From positions 13,454,001 through 13,518,000 of the forward strand of contig OX597831.1 in the NCBI GenBank assembly GCA_951406725.2: DNA of 64,000 nt, read 5' to 3'. Numbering within the stretch: position 1 is the stretch's first letter; the number at the start of each line of letters is the position of its first letter. Under the pieces are notes generated by a model. The model saw only the letters and a program-made list of their open reading frames with translations, was not told where the DNA came from and did no database searches. The stretch comes from Octopus vulgaris (lineage: Eukaryota). Shown piece by piece: positions 11,648 through 23,130 of this stretch. A program made the translations under genes and the position numbers.

Positions 11648-14533
11648 TCATGTAAAGAGTTCAGGCCACTTGAGGTCCAGGGAGGCTTTGAACAAAGCGG
11701 TCGTCGGCATCTTCACCATCTCATCTGGCAGCTTGTTCCACGGATCCGCAACCCGGACGGAGAAAGCTCCTTTTCTTCGATTGAGATGAAATCGTCGCAG
11801 GTAGAGCTTTTCGGAATGACCCCGCAGCCGACGCTCCGGAGCAGGAGTGAAGAACAGCTCTTTCGAGAGGTTACACTTCCCGCTTATGATGTTGTGGGCG
11901 AGAATGAGATCACCACGGCGGCGGCGTTTTTCAAGAGAATAAAGGTCGAGCGTCCTCAGCCTTTCTTCGTAGGACAAATTTTTGAGACCATGAACCAGGC
12001 GGGTAGCCAGCCTCTGGACTCTTTCGAGGTGCTGTATGTCTTTGAGGAGATAAGGAGAAGAGGCTTGAATCCCATACTCCAATATGGGTCTCACCAGCGT
12101 GACATAGAGTGGCAGGAATATGGCTGCTGTGAGCACTCCGAATGACCGTCGAATCAAAAACAGAATTCCGCGCGCTTTGTTGGCAGCATGGACGCACTGG
12201 GCCGAAGGCGAAAAGGAGGAATCCACCAAGATACCCAGGTCCTTTACCTGATCGGTCCTCTCCAGCAGCAGACGATCCGGCTCGAAATCAAGTTGAGTTG
12301 CAGGAGTAGAGCCGACAGGCAGATGACAGCACTTTGACACGTTCAGACACAGGTCCCAATCGTTAGACCACTTCCAAATTTGGTGGAGGCATCGACGAAG
12401 ATCCTCTATACTACCGCGAGGAGCGACCAGTTTGATATCGTCGGCAAATAGAAGGGTGTGTTGCGTGAGGTCGTCGGGCAAGTCATTTATGAAGACTAAG
12501 AACAACAAGGGCCCAAGCACTGAACCTTGAGGCACGCCACTGCTCGCACTGGAGACGTCGGACCGCGAACCATTAACTTGAACTTGGAAGGAGCGATCTG
12601 AGAGGAAGGCACCAACCCATCGTACAATATCCGGATGGAAACTATATGCTTGAAGCTTGACAAGTAGTAGGCGGTGGTTTACCGAGTCAAAAGCTTTGGC
12701 AAAGTCCAATAAAACGATGTCAACAGCATCACTATCATCGAGGATGCGCGTCACCAATTCTTCCATTACTAGTAAGTTGGTCAAGCATGATCTCTTCGGC
12801 ACGAAGCCGTGTTGGGAATCAGTGATCGAGGCTGTGCTTAGGAGGTGGAGAATCATACTTTTCTTAAGGATGGTTTCGAACATCTTGCTGATTATTGATG
12901 TAAGGGAAACCGGTCGGTAGTTAAGCGGGTCTTCGCGGCTCCCTTTCTTGAAAATTGGGCAGATTATCGCTGTTCTCCAGTCTGCAGGTATAACACCCGT
13001 CGCCAATGACATATTGAATAGTCGTGTTAAGGGCTCGCAGATGACCGGAGCCAACGCTTTGATAACCCGTGGGTGTATGCCGTCAGGGCCGTGACCCTTG
13101 TTGACATCGAGGCCTTGAATAACACGTTTGACTTGGTCCCGCGTGATGATCAATCGAAGCATTGGAGGTACCGATCTATCAAATGGAGGGGGTTCACGAC
13201 CATCATCTTGTTTGAAAATAGTTGAAAAAGCCTCGGCATATAATTGACTCTGTTGATAAGGGTCCTCAATCGATACGCCTGTTGAGTCTACCAATGTTAC
13301 AATCTGGTTGTTCAAGCGGGAATTCCGCTGGACATGGGCAAAGAAGGTTTTGGGATTGCTACTGGCATTTGCCGCGATTTTGTATTCATAACTGAAGCGT
13401 TCTTTCTTTTCAATTTTCACGGCTCGGTCTCGTTGAGTTTTGTACACCTCAAAAGCTGCAGTCGAATCCAGATTTTTGAATTCAGCCCAAGCAATATCTC
13501 TGAGTCGACGTTCTCGTTTAACCTTCTTCGTCACCCAGGGCTTGTGTTTCTTCCTCTTGGGAAGTCCAACGGGAACTGCCTGGTCAGTCAAACAGATTAC
13601 ATATGCTTTGAGGGATGACCATAGTTCGTCAACTGAGGACAACGTCATCAGGGAACGCCAGTCCAGAAGCGCGGAAGCCTCGGTTAGAATTTCAAGATTA
13701 ATTGCAGAGAAGACTCTACGTGGCAGCGAAGTAATCGTGGGCGTGGAAAAAGTTGTGTGCATGACGAACTTCAGGACCGCATGATCACTCTTGGCAAGAG
13801 GGGCGCACACAGATACGTCTGACACTGATCTTGGATAGCGGGAGAATACCAGATCTAGCATAGATGGCTGCTGCCCAGACCGATGCCTTGTCGGATATTC
13901 AACATGTTGCGATAGAAAACAATCTTCAGCCACGTCAAGAAGGGCCTGGCCGAACCGGGAAGATGTACAAATTGATGCGGGCCAATCGATCACGGGAGCG
14001 TTGAAGTCGCCTAGTACCAAGCAGTCATGCGAAGCTGAAACGAATCTTATCGCCTCGAGTAGATAAGCATCGTCCTGGGGGTCGGCTAGAGGCGGCCTGT
14101 AGACAGCCAACACGGGCAGGCAAAACTCAGATAGGCTCAGCTTGCAATAGACGGCATCGAATTTGGTTGTAGGTTGAGCATTTGTGGGTAGAATACCGCA
14201 GGACGGTTTGTGCTCAGACTTAACATACACAGCAACACCTCCACCTCGCCTTTTTCCTCTGTCACCTCTGAAAAGGACGTAGCCCTGCAGGTGGATCTCT
14301 GAGTCCTTTACTGCTGGAGTCAGCCAAGTCTAGGTGATAGCTATCACATCAGGGGAGTCGCGTAGGGCCAGTGTAAATAGTTCACTGAACTTTGGGAATA
14401 AGGAGCACGAGTTGGTGTAGACGATGCTGAGCTGTGAAGTCTGAGGGGCGGGAGTTGGGGAACAAGCAGAATAAAGGGCATCAGAGATAGCATCGTTGAC
14501 GGGGGTATCAACTTCACTTCGATTTGCCCTCAC
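11648..14533 (-). CDS. LINE ORF2: APE endonuclease plus reverse transcriptase (~961 codons), interrupted by one in-frame TAG at 14330-14332
   Basis: APE motifs VYTN, DVIAIT*TWL, RRGGGVAVYV, VYRPP, GDFN, LDLVF, SDH. RT motifs GPDG, PIFKKG, NYRPVSLTS, QHGF, DFAKAFD, GVPQGSVLGP, FADD. CR1-type C-terminus (VRPILEY, RGH..KL, WNKLP). Track ORFs 14330-14533 and 11648-14230 are in the same frame. Confidence 0.92.
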
Positions 14534-15980
14534 ATCACTTTCCCTGTCAGCACTACAGCATGGGACCAGAGGTAGGACTTGATTATCTGTCCATCTTGGA
14601 TTCGTAAACCCTTCTCTCCCATTTGTTTCCTCATCTTTAGCTCGGATATCAGGTTCCTCCGGCGAATTCTCTCTCTTAGTGAGTATTCCTCGCGAAAACC
14701 CATATTGGGGTCCTCCCAGGCATGCGTCTGAGCTCTGTTCAGAAAGACTGAAGCCTCCCGATCAGAAGAAAAGATTACCCTTATTGGGCGTGGTCTAGTA
14801 TCTGCGGTTGGGTTCGCTTGGAATCTTCCTAGCCGAGCGACCTTAAGAACACTGACATTTTCGTTCACAGAGAACAATTTTCCAACCAAAATGGAAACAA
14901 AATTAATGTCATCTTTTAGGCGGTTTATGCCTGTATCACAGGTGGATTCCGCTTTGCCATATATTATTGCCGATCTTGAGTGGGCAAAAAGTTCCCTACT
15001 ATGAGCTGCGGTATTCGATTCTTCGTTGGAGGATTTCGAAAGAGTGGTTTCATAGCCATCGGACTTATGTCGGCCTGTGGGGTCGATCGGAATGGATTTA
15101 GTGGTCATAATTTTCCCGCCTGGTTTGGAACTGCACTGCCTCTTCTTCGGTTTGGGGAGCACCACTCCCCAGATGAACCCACATCGAGATCGTTCAGAAT
15201 TGGTTGAGCAATGGCATTAATGGGAAGGACAAGTGAAGGAGAATCCAAACATCGTGATCAGGTTTCATAGCCAAATCTGCCCTCTGGAGTTTTGACTACG
15301 TTTCTTCTTTTAGGAGAACAACGGTCTTCAGGTGGGTTTGAGTCTACGCTCCTCGAACTAGGTTGGGGAACCTCCGGGACCGAAAAGGCAGATGAGGAAG
15401 AATCCGCACAGGAACGATCATATGCAGGAACGACCGCCGGTTCCTTCGCCTTCTTTGGTCGCTTCGATTTTGTTCCCTTCGGTTTGGACGTCTCCAGGGA
15501 AGAAATCAAGGGTGACTCTGCGTCAACAGGAGACCGTTTATCGTGGTCAGGTTTCATAGCTAAATCCGCCCCACTGGAGTTTTGACGACGTTTCTTCATT
15601 TGGGGAGAACAACGGTCTTCGGGTGGGTTTGAGTCTACGCTCCTCAAATTAGGTTGGGGAACCTCCGGGACCGAAAAGGCAGATGAGGAAGAATCCGCAC
15701 GGGAACGATCATGTGCAGAAACGACCGCCGGTTCCTTCGCCTTCTTTGGCCGCCTCGATTTTGTTCTCTTCGGTTTGGACGTCTCCAGGGAAGAAATCAA
15801 GGGTGACTCTGCGTCAACAGGAGACTGTTTATTCAGTAAGAGAGCAACAACAGACTTTAGGTGCTCAACCTCTTGTTTGAGCAACAGCAACTGTTCGTTG
15901 AGCTGACTGTTGGTAGGACCATTATCTAGATGAGAAGCCCTACTTGCAGATTTCAGTTTCGATGCGTAGGTAGCTGACAT
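14530..15980 (-). CDS. LINE ORF1 (coiled coil, duplicated basic/Ser-rich spacer, C-terminal RRM-like region), split by frameshifts at ~15150-15315
   Basis: Heptads LNEQLLLLKQEVEHLKSVVALL; C-terminal motifs IIYGKAES, RLGR, RPRPIRVIF, ERIRRRNLISELK typical of LINE ORF1p. Track ORFs 15258-15980 and 14530-15165. Confidence 0.8.
15252..15832. repeat. Tandem duplication of ~290 bp inside ORF1
   Basis: SPVDAESPLISSLETSKPK...PPEDRCSP occurs twice; DNA offset is ~291 bp with scattered substitutions. Confidence 0.92.
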
Positions 15981-16607
15981 GATGGATGGTTGACTAAAAA
16001 CAATCCTCTATGGGCTCTAGGACAAATCGGGGTTAAATCAGGAACAAAAACAGGTGCAATCCTTGTAGGAGTAGGCACAGCAGACTAAAACTGAGAGAGT
16101 TTGGGCTGAGCCGAATCACAATCCAAGATTGAAAGCAGACGGTGCAACGAGTCGGGAACCCTTCCTAATTGTCTGAAGCAGCTTTAGGATAAGGGATAGT
16201 ATGTCCAAACTTTAGAATATTGATATGCATGTAACATGTTCCACACGATTAAATATCACTTGACGTGCCATATAGTACTTCAATAATTGCATCTGCGCAT
16301 GTTTGAATACTGTGTTTATGTGCGAGAAGGCACATGTTTTTGTCTATTGTTAAATTAGATTATTAATTTTTCTTTTTTATTCTCACGTATGTATGGGTAT
16401 TGAAGTTGTAAATCCGTTTTATAGGCATTATGGTATATATGCAATATTCCAATATCGTATGAGTAATGTCCAAAAGTCCCACAGAGTTTAAAATGAGTCC
16501 ATCCAAATATAGAGTTTCTAAGCAATGTAAGAACCCCTTATGAGTGAGATCCTGCAGATTTTTAAACTTGGTCATTCCCAGTAGAGAATTGAATTTATAT
16601 ACAGTGT

Positions 16608-16662
<55 letters not shown>

Positions 16663-16744
16663 GAACTTTATTTATATACTACCAAACGCACATGTTTATA
16701 TGTGTGTGTATACATTTTATACATAAGTATATCTGAGTACGTGA

Positions 16745-16924
16745 AGTAGTAGTAGTAGTTTTAGTAACAGTAATAATAATAATAATAATTATAATAATAT
16801 TAATAATAATAATAATAATAATTATAATAATAATAATAATAATTATAATCATCATAATAATAATAGTATTAATGATAATAATAATAATAGTAGTAGTAGT
16901 ATTAATAATAATAATAGTAGTAGT

Positions 16925-16962
<38 letters not shown>

Positions 16963-16995
16963 CAACAACAACAACAACAAGAGCAACAGCAGCAA
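16745..16995. repeat. Compound (TAG)n/(TAA)n/(CAA)n microsatellite
   Basis: Direct reading. Confidence 0.9.
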
Positions 16996-17507
16996 GGGAA
17001 ACGCCATGGTGAAATTCCGTCTGTATTAACTTAATCTACAGATTTAAAACCAATATCAAAGCACTTTGTATAAAAGGAAATTTAAAATGCTTATACAATG
17101 TACAACATGCGCACGCACGCATGCACGCACGTACACACACACACACACACGCACACACTCGCACACACACACGCATAACAACACGCGCACACTTATATCT
17201 CATAAAATATTTATCAGATTCTTGTTGACATTTTCAAAGGAATGTTAATGTCTTTTCAAATCGTAATAATTTATTGCATTCATACAATCGACATTGTTTC
17301 TTTTTTTGTCCTAATCAAGCTTAAGCAACCAATGTTTCTTTCCTCCTTATCCTAGAATTGTCTAAATCTTTCCATTCTCATACATACAGGAATACAGACA
17401 TACTCACGTACATGTATATATAACCATATGTGTCTGTATGTGTGTCTGTGTATGTGTGTATATATATGAATATGTATATGTATATATATATATATATATG
17501 TGTATAA

Positions 17508-17669
<162 letters not shown>

Positions 17670-18749
17670 TTATGCATAACTTCTCCTTACTTATCCTATA
17701 GTTAACTTAATCTTTTTCTTCTTACTGTCAGTAGTAATGTTTTCCAATAATGTTGGCTCTAATTCTTACCATTATTTCTAAAGTGGCGCATCAAAGTATT
17801 TGATTTTCTGCTTCATTTGTGCATTTTCAATAATTGATTCTTCCATGAATTTCGAGTATTCTTTTAGTATGCAGATCCTCTGTGCCAAAAATATAGCATC
17901 ACCTACTTTATACTTAATAAATGCCTTGTTTAATTGGCTAGAAAGAGTTAAAAAGTTATCAACGATCTATTATCCTGCTATTGTTTAACCCCAGGCCTTC
18001 CCTGATCAAACAGAACCATGATCAAATATATTTCGCCCTTGATCATTCAAGGGTATCTAGCGTCTTCGTTCTCTGACTTTATCTCCAAATTTCCGCCGTA
18101 TTTTGATGACGTCAGAAATCCTGAAGCACTATAGCACAGTCTGAAGAGTCGTAAATCTTGTACGATATTCGTAAGAGCTTTTCTGTTGCTTTCGTCAAGC
18201 TATTTACAGTTTAATCTTTTAGACCCATACCACACTGAGATCAACCTTGAGGCTCTGGATCTCTTTCTAACCCATTTGCAAGTGGACTGCTTCTGGCACA
18301 TCAGCCCGTATCCACATTCCCATATGGCCTGTATATCTTAGCTACTCGCATACTCCCCAAATTTATGATTTTCCCGACCAAAGAATAAGTTGGCTAATGT
18401 TTATTCTCATTTCGATAAACTGTTGAGTGTAATTTACAGGGAATTTTGATTCCTATTTCCAGCAGATCAACCTGTTGTACACGGCATCCATTATTGACTT
18501 GTATAATATCGGTATATAACTAGTTTTGTATTATTAAGCGAATTTACAACTGGAAAGGGAAGTGGTTATTAGATTCCTTCTTTGTAATACCGCGAATGTG
18601 ACATTTTCATTGCAGAGCTGAAGATGTAATGTATTGACCAGCATCCATCTACAATATATTCCTAAAGGAGGAGTATTCAAATGGTTGTACGAGCTGCTGA
18701 AAATCACAGTCAAATCGACCTCGAATGATACCTTAAAGTCATCATTTTG

Positions 18750-19460
18750 GTTTAAAGCATTCGTTCGTTACAAGGTCCTTAGACCACTGAAATCGTAAGA
18801 GCTACGAGAATAAAATGAACGCTAGATAGAAATCAATAGGTGACGATGTACATTAGACTTAAAAGACTGGAGGTCATGTTGAAGAGGAAAACAAGTCTGT
18901 AGAAGGTGATTCCAAAGTTCAGTGGTGCGAGGGAAGAAATTGGTTCTGTAAAGTGCTTTGCGACACTTTGGAGGTTGCACGGTATACCGATGAGAACTGT
19001 ATACAAGTCTGGTTTGATTGCTGATACGTTCTTAAAGGAGGAACCAGAGAAGAGAGCTCAAGCCACACGACAACGATGAGAGTGTGGATCCAGTTTAGAA
19101 GATAGGTCAGGACCAATAGCATTACAAATGCGGCGTTGAATGTGGTCCAACAGAGTTAAACAATCCGCTGTAGCACCGGCCTATATGTCAGAGCAGTACT
19201 CAATGCAGGGGCGAATGGTGGATAGTCTCAGGAGTGAGATGATTCCTCGAATGAAGGAGTGAGCCTACCTTCAATGCAGCCGATTTGGCAATAGATTCAA
19301 TGTAAGCCCTCTAAGAAAAATCGTTACAGAAAGTCACTCCTAAGAGAGAAAGAGAACGACTCTCAGGTAAGTCAATACCATTCATCGAAACAGATGTCAA
19401 GAAAGGATGTCTGAAGCGATTAACTAAAAGCAATTTAGTTTTCGAAGGATTGGACGTAAT
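18750..19460 (-). mobile_element. Decayed CR1/L2-group LINE ORF2 3' fragment
   Basis: Manual translation SKTKLLLV..ESRSLSLLGVTF..YIESIAKSAALKVGSL..TIRPCIEYCS..LLDHIQRR, the post-RT region of CR1/L2-type ORF2, with stops. Confidence 0.7.
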
Positions 19461-20249
19461 AAAAAAAGAGAAAGCTATGTTATAGTTCCTTTGTGCTATA
19501 ACATGGCAGTACCAATAGTTACCAGTATAGTTATGAACAAACACACAGTTAATCACTGGATATTTGCAAACCTTGACCCCGAGGGACCGCAAAGACGTGG
19601 GTACTATAAGGGCGGGGAGATGTATCAGTGTGTTTTTACTATTATTTTATTACTTTTCTTATATCGATCTCTTTTCAACCTTTCTGTGTCAACAAATACT
19701 GGGTGTGTTTATCCAATCTATTTGGCCCTCACTGATTCTTTTTCACTCACTCTTTCGTCAATTGTCTGTTTTATCATCGCTCTATCTTTCACAATTGCTT
19801 ACATGAAGGGGCCAAAGAAGGACCTTACACATCGCAGCCCTAGCGGCCCTTTCGGCATCATTCTGTCGATTCGTTAAAAGAAAACAAATAAGAAGATAAA
19901 ATAATAATATCAATAATACTGATGGCTTTCATGAAATATTTCACGTATTTCACTTCCAGTGAGATTTCTGCTTCCATGAATTTCGCATCTTGCTTGCTGT
20001 TTCGTTAATTTCAGATATAAAAGAAAAGAATAATTATCTCAGAAATAACAATTATAATCATAATGATAAAATTAAAAAAGAAATTGTGTTGAAAGCGTCC
20101 CTACAAAATGTTATGATTAGATTAATCTGATATGAGACAATAATTTATAGATGAATTTCTTCCGACTAAGTAACGCATCAAAAAGAAAAATCATCTAATA
20201 GACCTAATACACTGAAGTATCCCTTTTTGGAAAAGACCCACTCTATGTA

Positions 20250-20298
<49 letters not shown>

Positions 20299-20367
20299 GT
20301 ATGTATATGTATGAATATATACATATATATATATATATGTGTATGTATATGTGTGTATGTGTATATA

Positions 20368-20423
<56 letters not shown>

Positions 20424-20857
20424 TACATGTACGCATGCATACGAGCATACACACATACATACAAGCATACACACAGGCATATCTACATATGCATACATAC
20501 ATAAACGTGAACAATTCAATTACAGGATAAATGCAATATGTTCCGTCGGCAAATTTCATTATTTCAATAACGTTTGTGTTTATGTTTCTCTTCCGAAATT
20601 TATTGAACACATTCTTCACGAATCGGGGAAGTATTTTAATAAGGTTAGGTGAAGTGTTATTGATTCATTGCCGAAAGGAATATCTTTTTATAGTCTTGGT
20701 TCCTGATGGAAATCAACTAGTTTTTAAAACTTTTTTTTGTCAGTTTTGTCTTTTTTTTTTACCTTTTCTTCCCCGGATAAACTACAGGTGAATTAGTGTT
20801 CTAAACTTTTTGTTCATACTTATTGAAACATCGTGGTATAGACTTCGCCATTCATGC

Positions 20858-20980
20858 AGAAGAAGAAGAAGAAGAAGAAGAAGAAGATGAAGAAGAAGAA
20901 GAAGAAGAAGAAGAAAAAGAAGAAGAAGAAGAAGAAGAAGAAGAAGAAGAAGAAGAAGAAGAAGAAGAAGAAGAAGAAGA
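20858..20980. repeat. (GAA)n microsatellite
   Basis: Direct reading. Confidence 0.95.
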
Positions 20981-21184
20981 TCAGCATTACAGAAGCACTC
21001 CTAATTAGATTTTTTGGGTTTTCATTTTGTATGCTTGTTGCATTAAATGTTAACAAGTAACTTAACTAGAACTTGTGCTTTTTTAATGCTGATGGCGTCT
21101 TTGAGTAATTAACCTTTCCTACTACTACGACTATGACTACAACAAAAACAACTACAACAACAAAAACCAATAATAATAATAATC

Positions 21185-21578
21185 CTTTCCATTATAGCCA
21201 AGAGGACTGCAATTTGGGGGAGTGGAATAATCAATTACATCGACCCCAATACTCAACTGGTACTTAATTTATATACCCTGAAACGATGGAAGGCAAAGTC
21301 GACCTCGGCGGAATTTGGACGAAATGTCGCTAAGCATACTGCAGTGCGGGCTAAAGCTTCAACCAGCTCGCCGCCTTAAAATAATAATAATAACAATCCT
21401 TTCTACTAAAGGCACAAGGCCATAGATTTCATGAACCCCAGTGTTCTACTGGTACTTATTTCCTCGACCCTGAAGGAAGAAAGGCAAAGTCGATCTCGGC
21501 GGAATTTGAACTCAGAATATAGCGTAATACCGCTAAGCATTTCGTCGAGTATGCTAACAATTCTGCCAACTCACCGCC
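21185..21578 (-). mobile_element. Two tandem SINE family A copies
   Basis: Two successive ...ggcaaagtcga(c/t)ctcggcggaatttg...cgcctt units (21185-21377, 21397-21578). Confidence 0.75.
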
Positions 21579-21648
<70 letters not shown>

Positions 21649-21707
21649 TAATAATAATAATAATAATAATAATAATAGTAATAATAATAATAGTAGTAAT
21701 AATAATT

Positions 21708-21769
<62 letters not shown>
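21579..21769. repeat. (TAA)n microsatellite
   Basis: Direct reading. Confidence 0.95.
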
Positions 21770-21771
<2 letters not shown>

Positions 21772-22305
21772 TGGTAAATACTCAAAGAGAGCTAATAATG
21801 CCGATGTTTACAAAGCCCTTACCCTCAATGCTTAGTGTCTTCTGGCTTAAAACCAGAAGGGTTTATTTTAGCAGACCAAGATCAATGCCTACCTACGAAG
21901 AGCTACCAGTCCAACATATTAAAGAACGGCAGTATGCCGTGTATGTCAACAACAAAATGAAACTATTGATCATGTTGTTTCCATGTGCAGTCTTCTTGCG
22001 CCTACACAGCATCTCAGCAGGTATAATAGAGCTGCTCAGTATATTCATTGGGTAATTTGAAAAAACTTGGACTTGCCCCATAATAAAAACTGGTGGGAAC
22101 ACAAAACACCTCCAATGCTTGAAAGTGACCATCACATCCCACTCCTCTGGAACTTCACTGTTCAAACTGACAGTAAAATAGATACGAATGACAGTAAAAT
22201 AGATACAAACTGACAGTAAAATAGATACGAATGAAAGTGACCACCACATCTCACTCCTCTGGAACTTCACTGTTCAAACTGACAGTAAAATAGATACTGA
22301 ACGCC
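21770..22305 (+). mobile_element. R4/Dong-type non-LTR fragment (CCHC zinc knuckle and start of RLE) abutting (TAA)n
   Basis: Manual translation across a frameshift: GLKPEGFILADQDQCLPTKSYQSNILKNG..CRVCQQQNETIDHVVSMC..AQYIHW..WWEHK..LLWNFTVQTD; local duplications at 22121-22300. Confidence 0.8.
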
Positions 22306-22439
22306 CAGTAAATGTCATTGTACGTTGCAGCGATCTGGTACCTGAAGGCAGGCGCGAAGCCAGTCGCCTCGAGACTGCCGCCAATTTTGATGGTCGACTC
22401 TATAGAAAGCGTGCTTATTACTTCTACTTTAGTCACTAA

Positions 22440-23130
22440 GCCAGAAATTTTGTGGGGATGGGTTAGTCAATAACATCTTGCAAGTGTCCAATCGGTACTT
22501 ATTTGTATCAACCCTGTCGACCCCAGAAATTAACTGGTACTTATTTTATCGATCCTGAAGGATGAAAGCCAAAGACAGCCTCAGTGGAATTTGAGCTCAA
22601 CATGTAAGAAGCCACAACAAATGTTTAGTAGTATTTTTCCGACCTGCTCAGGATTCTGCCAGCTCAGCGCCCGTAAATGTTTCTGATTTATTCTCGAGCC
22701 CTGCGGTTTTCAGGGTAGGTATAGAGTCAATACCTATTTCTTTATTACCCACAAGGGGCTAAACACAGAGAGGACAAACAAGGACAGACAAAGAGATTAA
22801 GTCGATTATATCGACCCCAGTGCGTAACTGGTATTTATTCAATCGACCCCGAAAGGATGAAAGGCAAAGTCGACCACGGCGGAATTTGAACTCAGAACGT
22901 AGCCGTAGACGAAATACCGGTAAGCATTTCGCCCGACGTGCTAACGTTTCTGCCAGCTCGCCGCCTTCGAACACAATACTTGACCGGTATTTTGTTTTAT
23001 CGACTTCAGAGACAGGAAATGCAAACTTGACCTCAGCCGGAATCGAACTCACAATGTAAAGAAGAGACTGAAATACAGAAAAGCATTTTTTCCAACAACT
23101 ATCTACCGAGTGTACAAGCTCGCCGCCTTT
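22440..23130 (-). mobile_element. Cluster of three SINE family A copies (best preserved 22737-22965)
   Basis: Repeated aactggtactta..tcgacccc gaaaggatgaaaggcaaagtcgac..gctcgccgcc blocks. Confidence 0.8.

Larger units (their letters stand above)
11556..16190 (-). mobile_element. Near full-length CR1-group LINE (5'UTR, ORF1, APE-RT ORF2, short 3'UTR, (TAAC)n tail)
   Basis: ORF1 plus ORF2 architecture, visibly higher GC than flanks, tail of 7 GTTA units at 11556-11583. The 5' boundary is approximate and no clear TSD is seen. Confidence 0.93.

Noticed and set aside
11624-13784. Plus-strand ORFs antisense to LINE ORF2 (11624-12145, 12657-12920, 13334-13784)
   Set aside because: Shadow ORFs of a GC-balanced coding strand with no recognisable motifs
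11545-16230. Target-site duplication for the LINE (gatatg at 11551 and ~16222)
   Set aside because: Six-base AT-rich match that overlaps the tail; the 5' boundary is uncertain
19570-19860. Possible MITE with CCGAGGGACCGC/GCGGCCCTTTCGG ends
   Set aside because: Inverted ends are short and imperfect, no TSD, single copy in the window
22168-22230. CRISPR-like regularly spaced short repeats
   Set aside because: Adjacent tandem units without unique spacers, eukaryotic context, no cas genes
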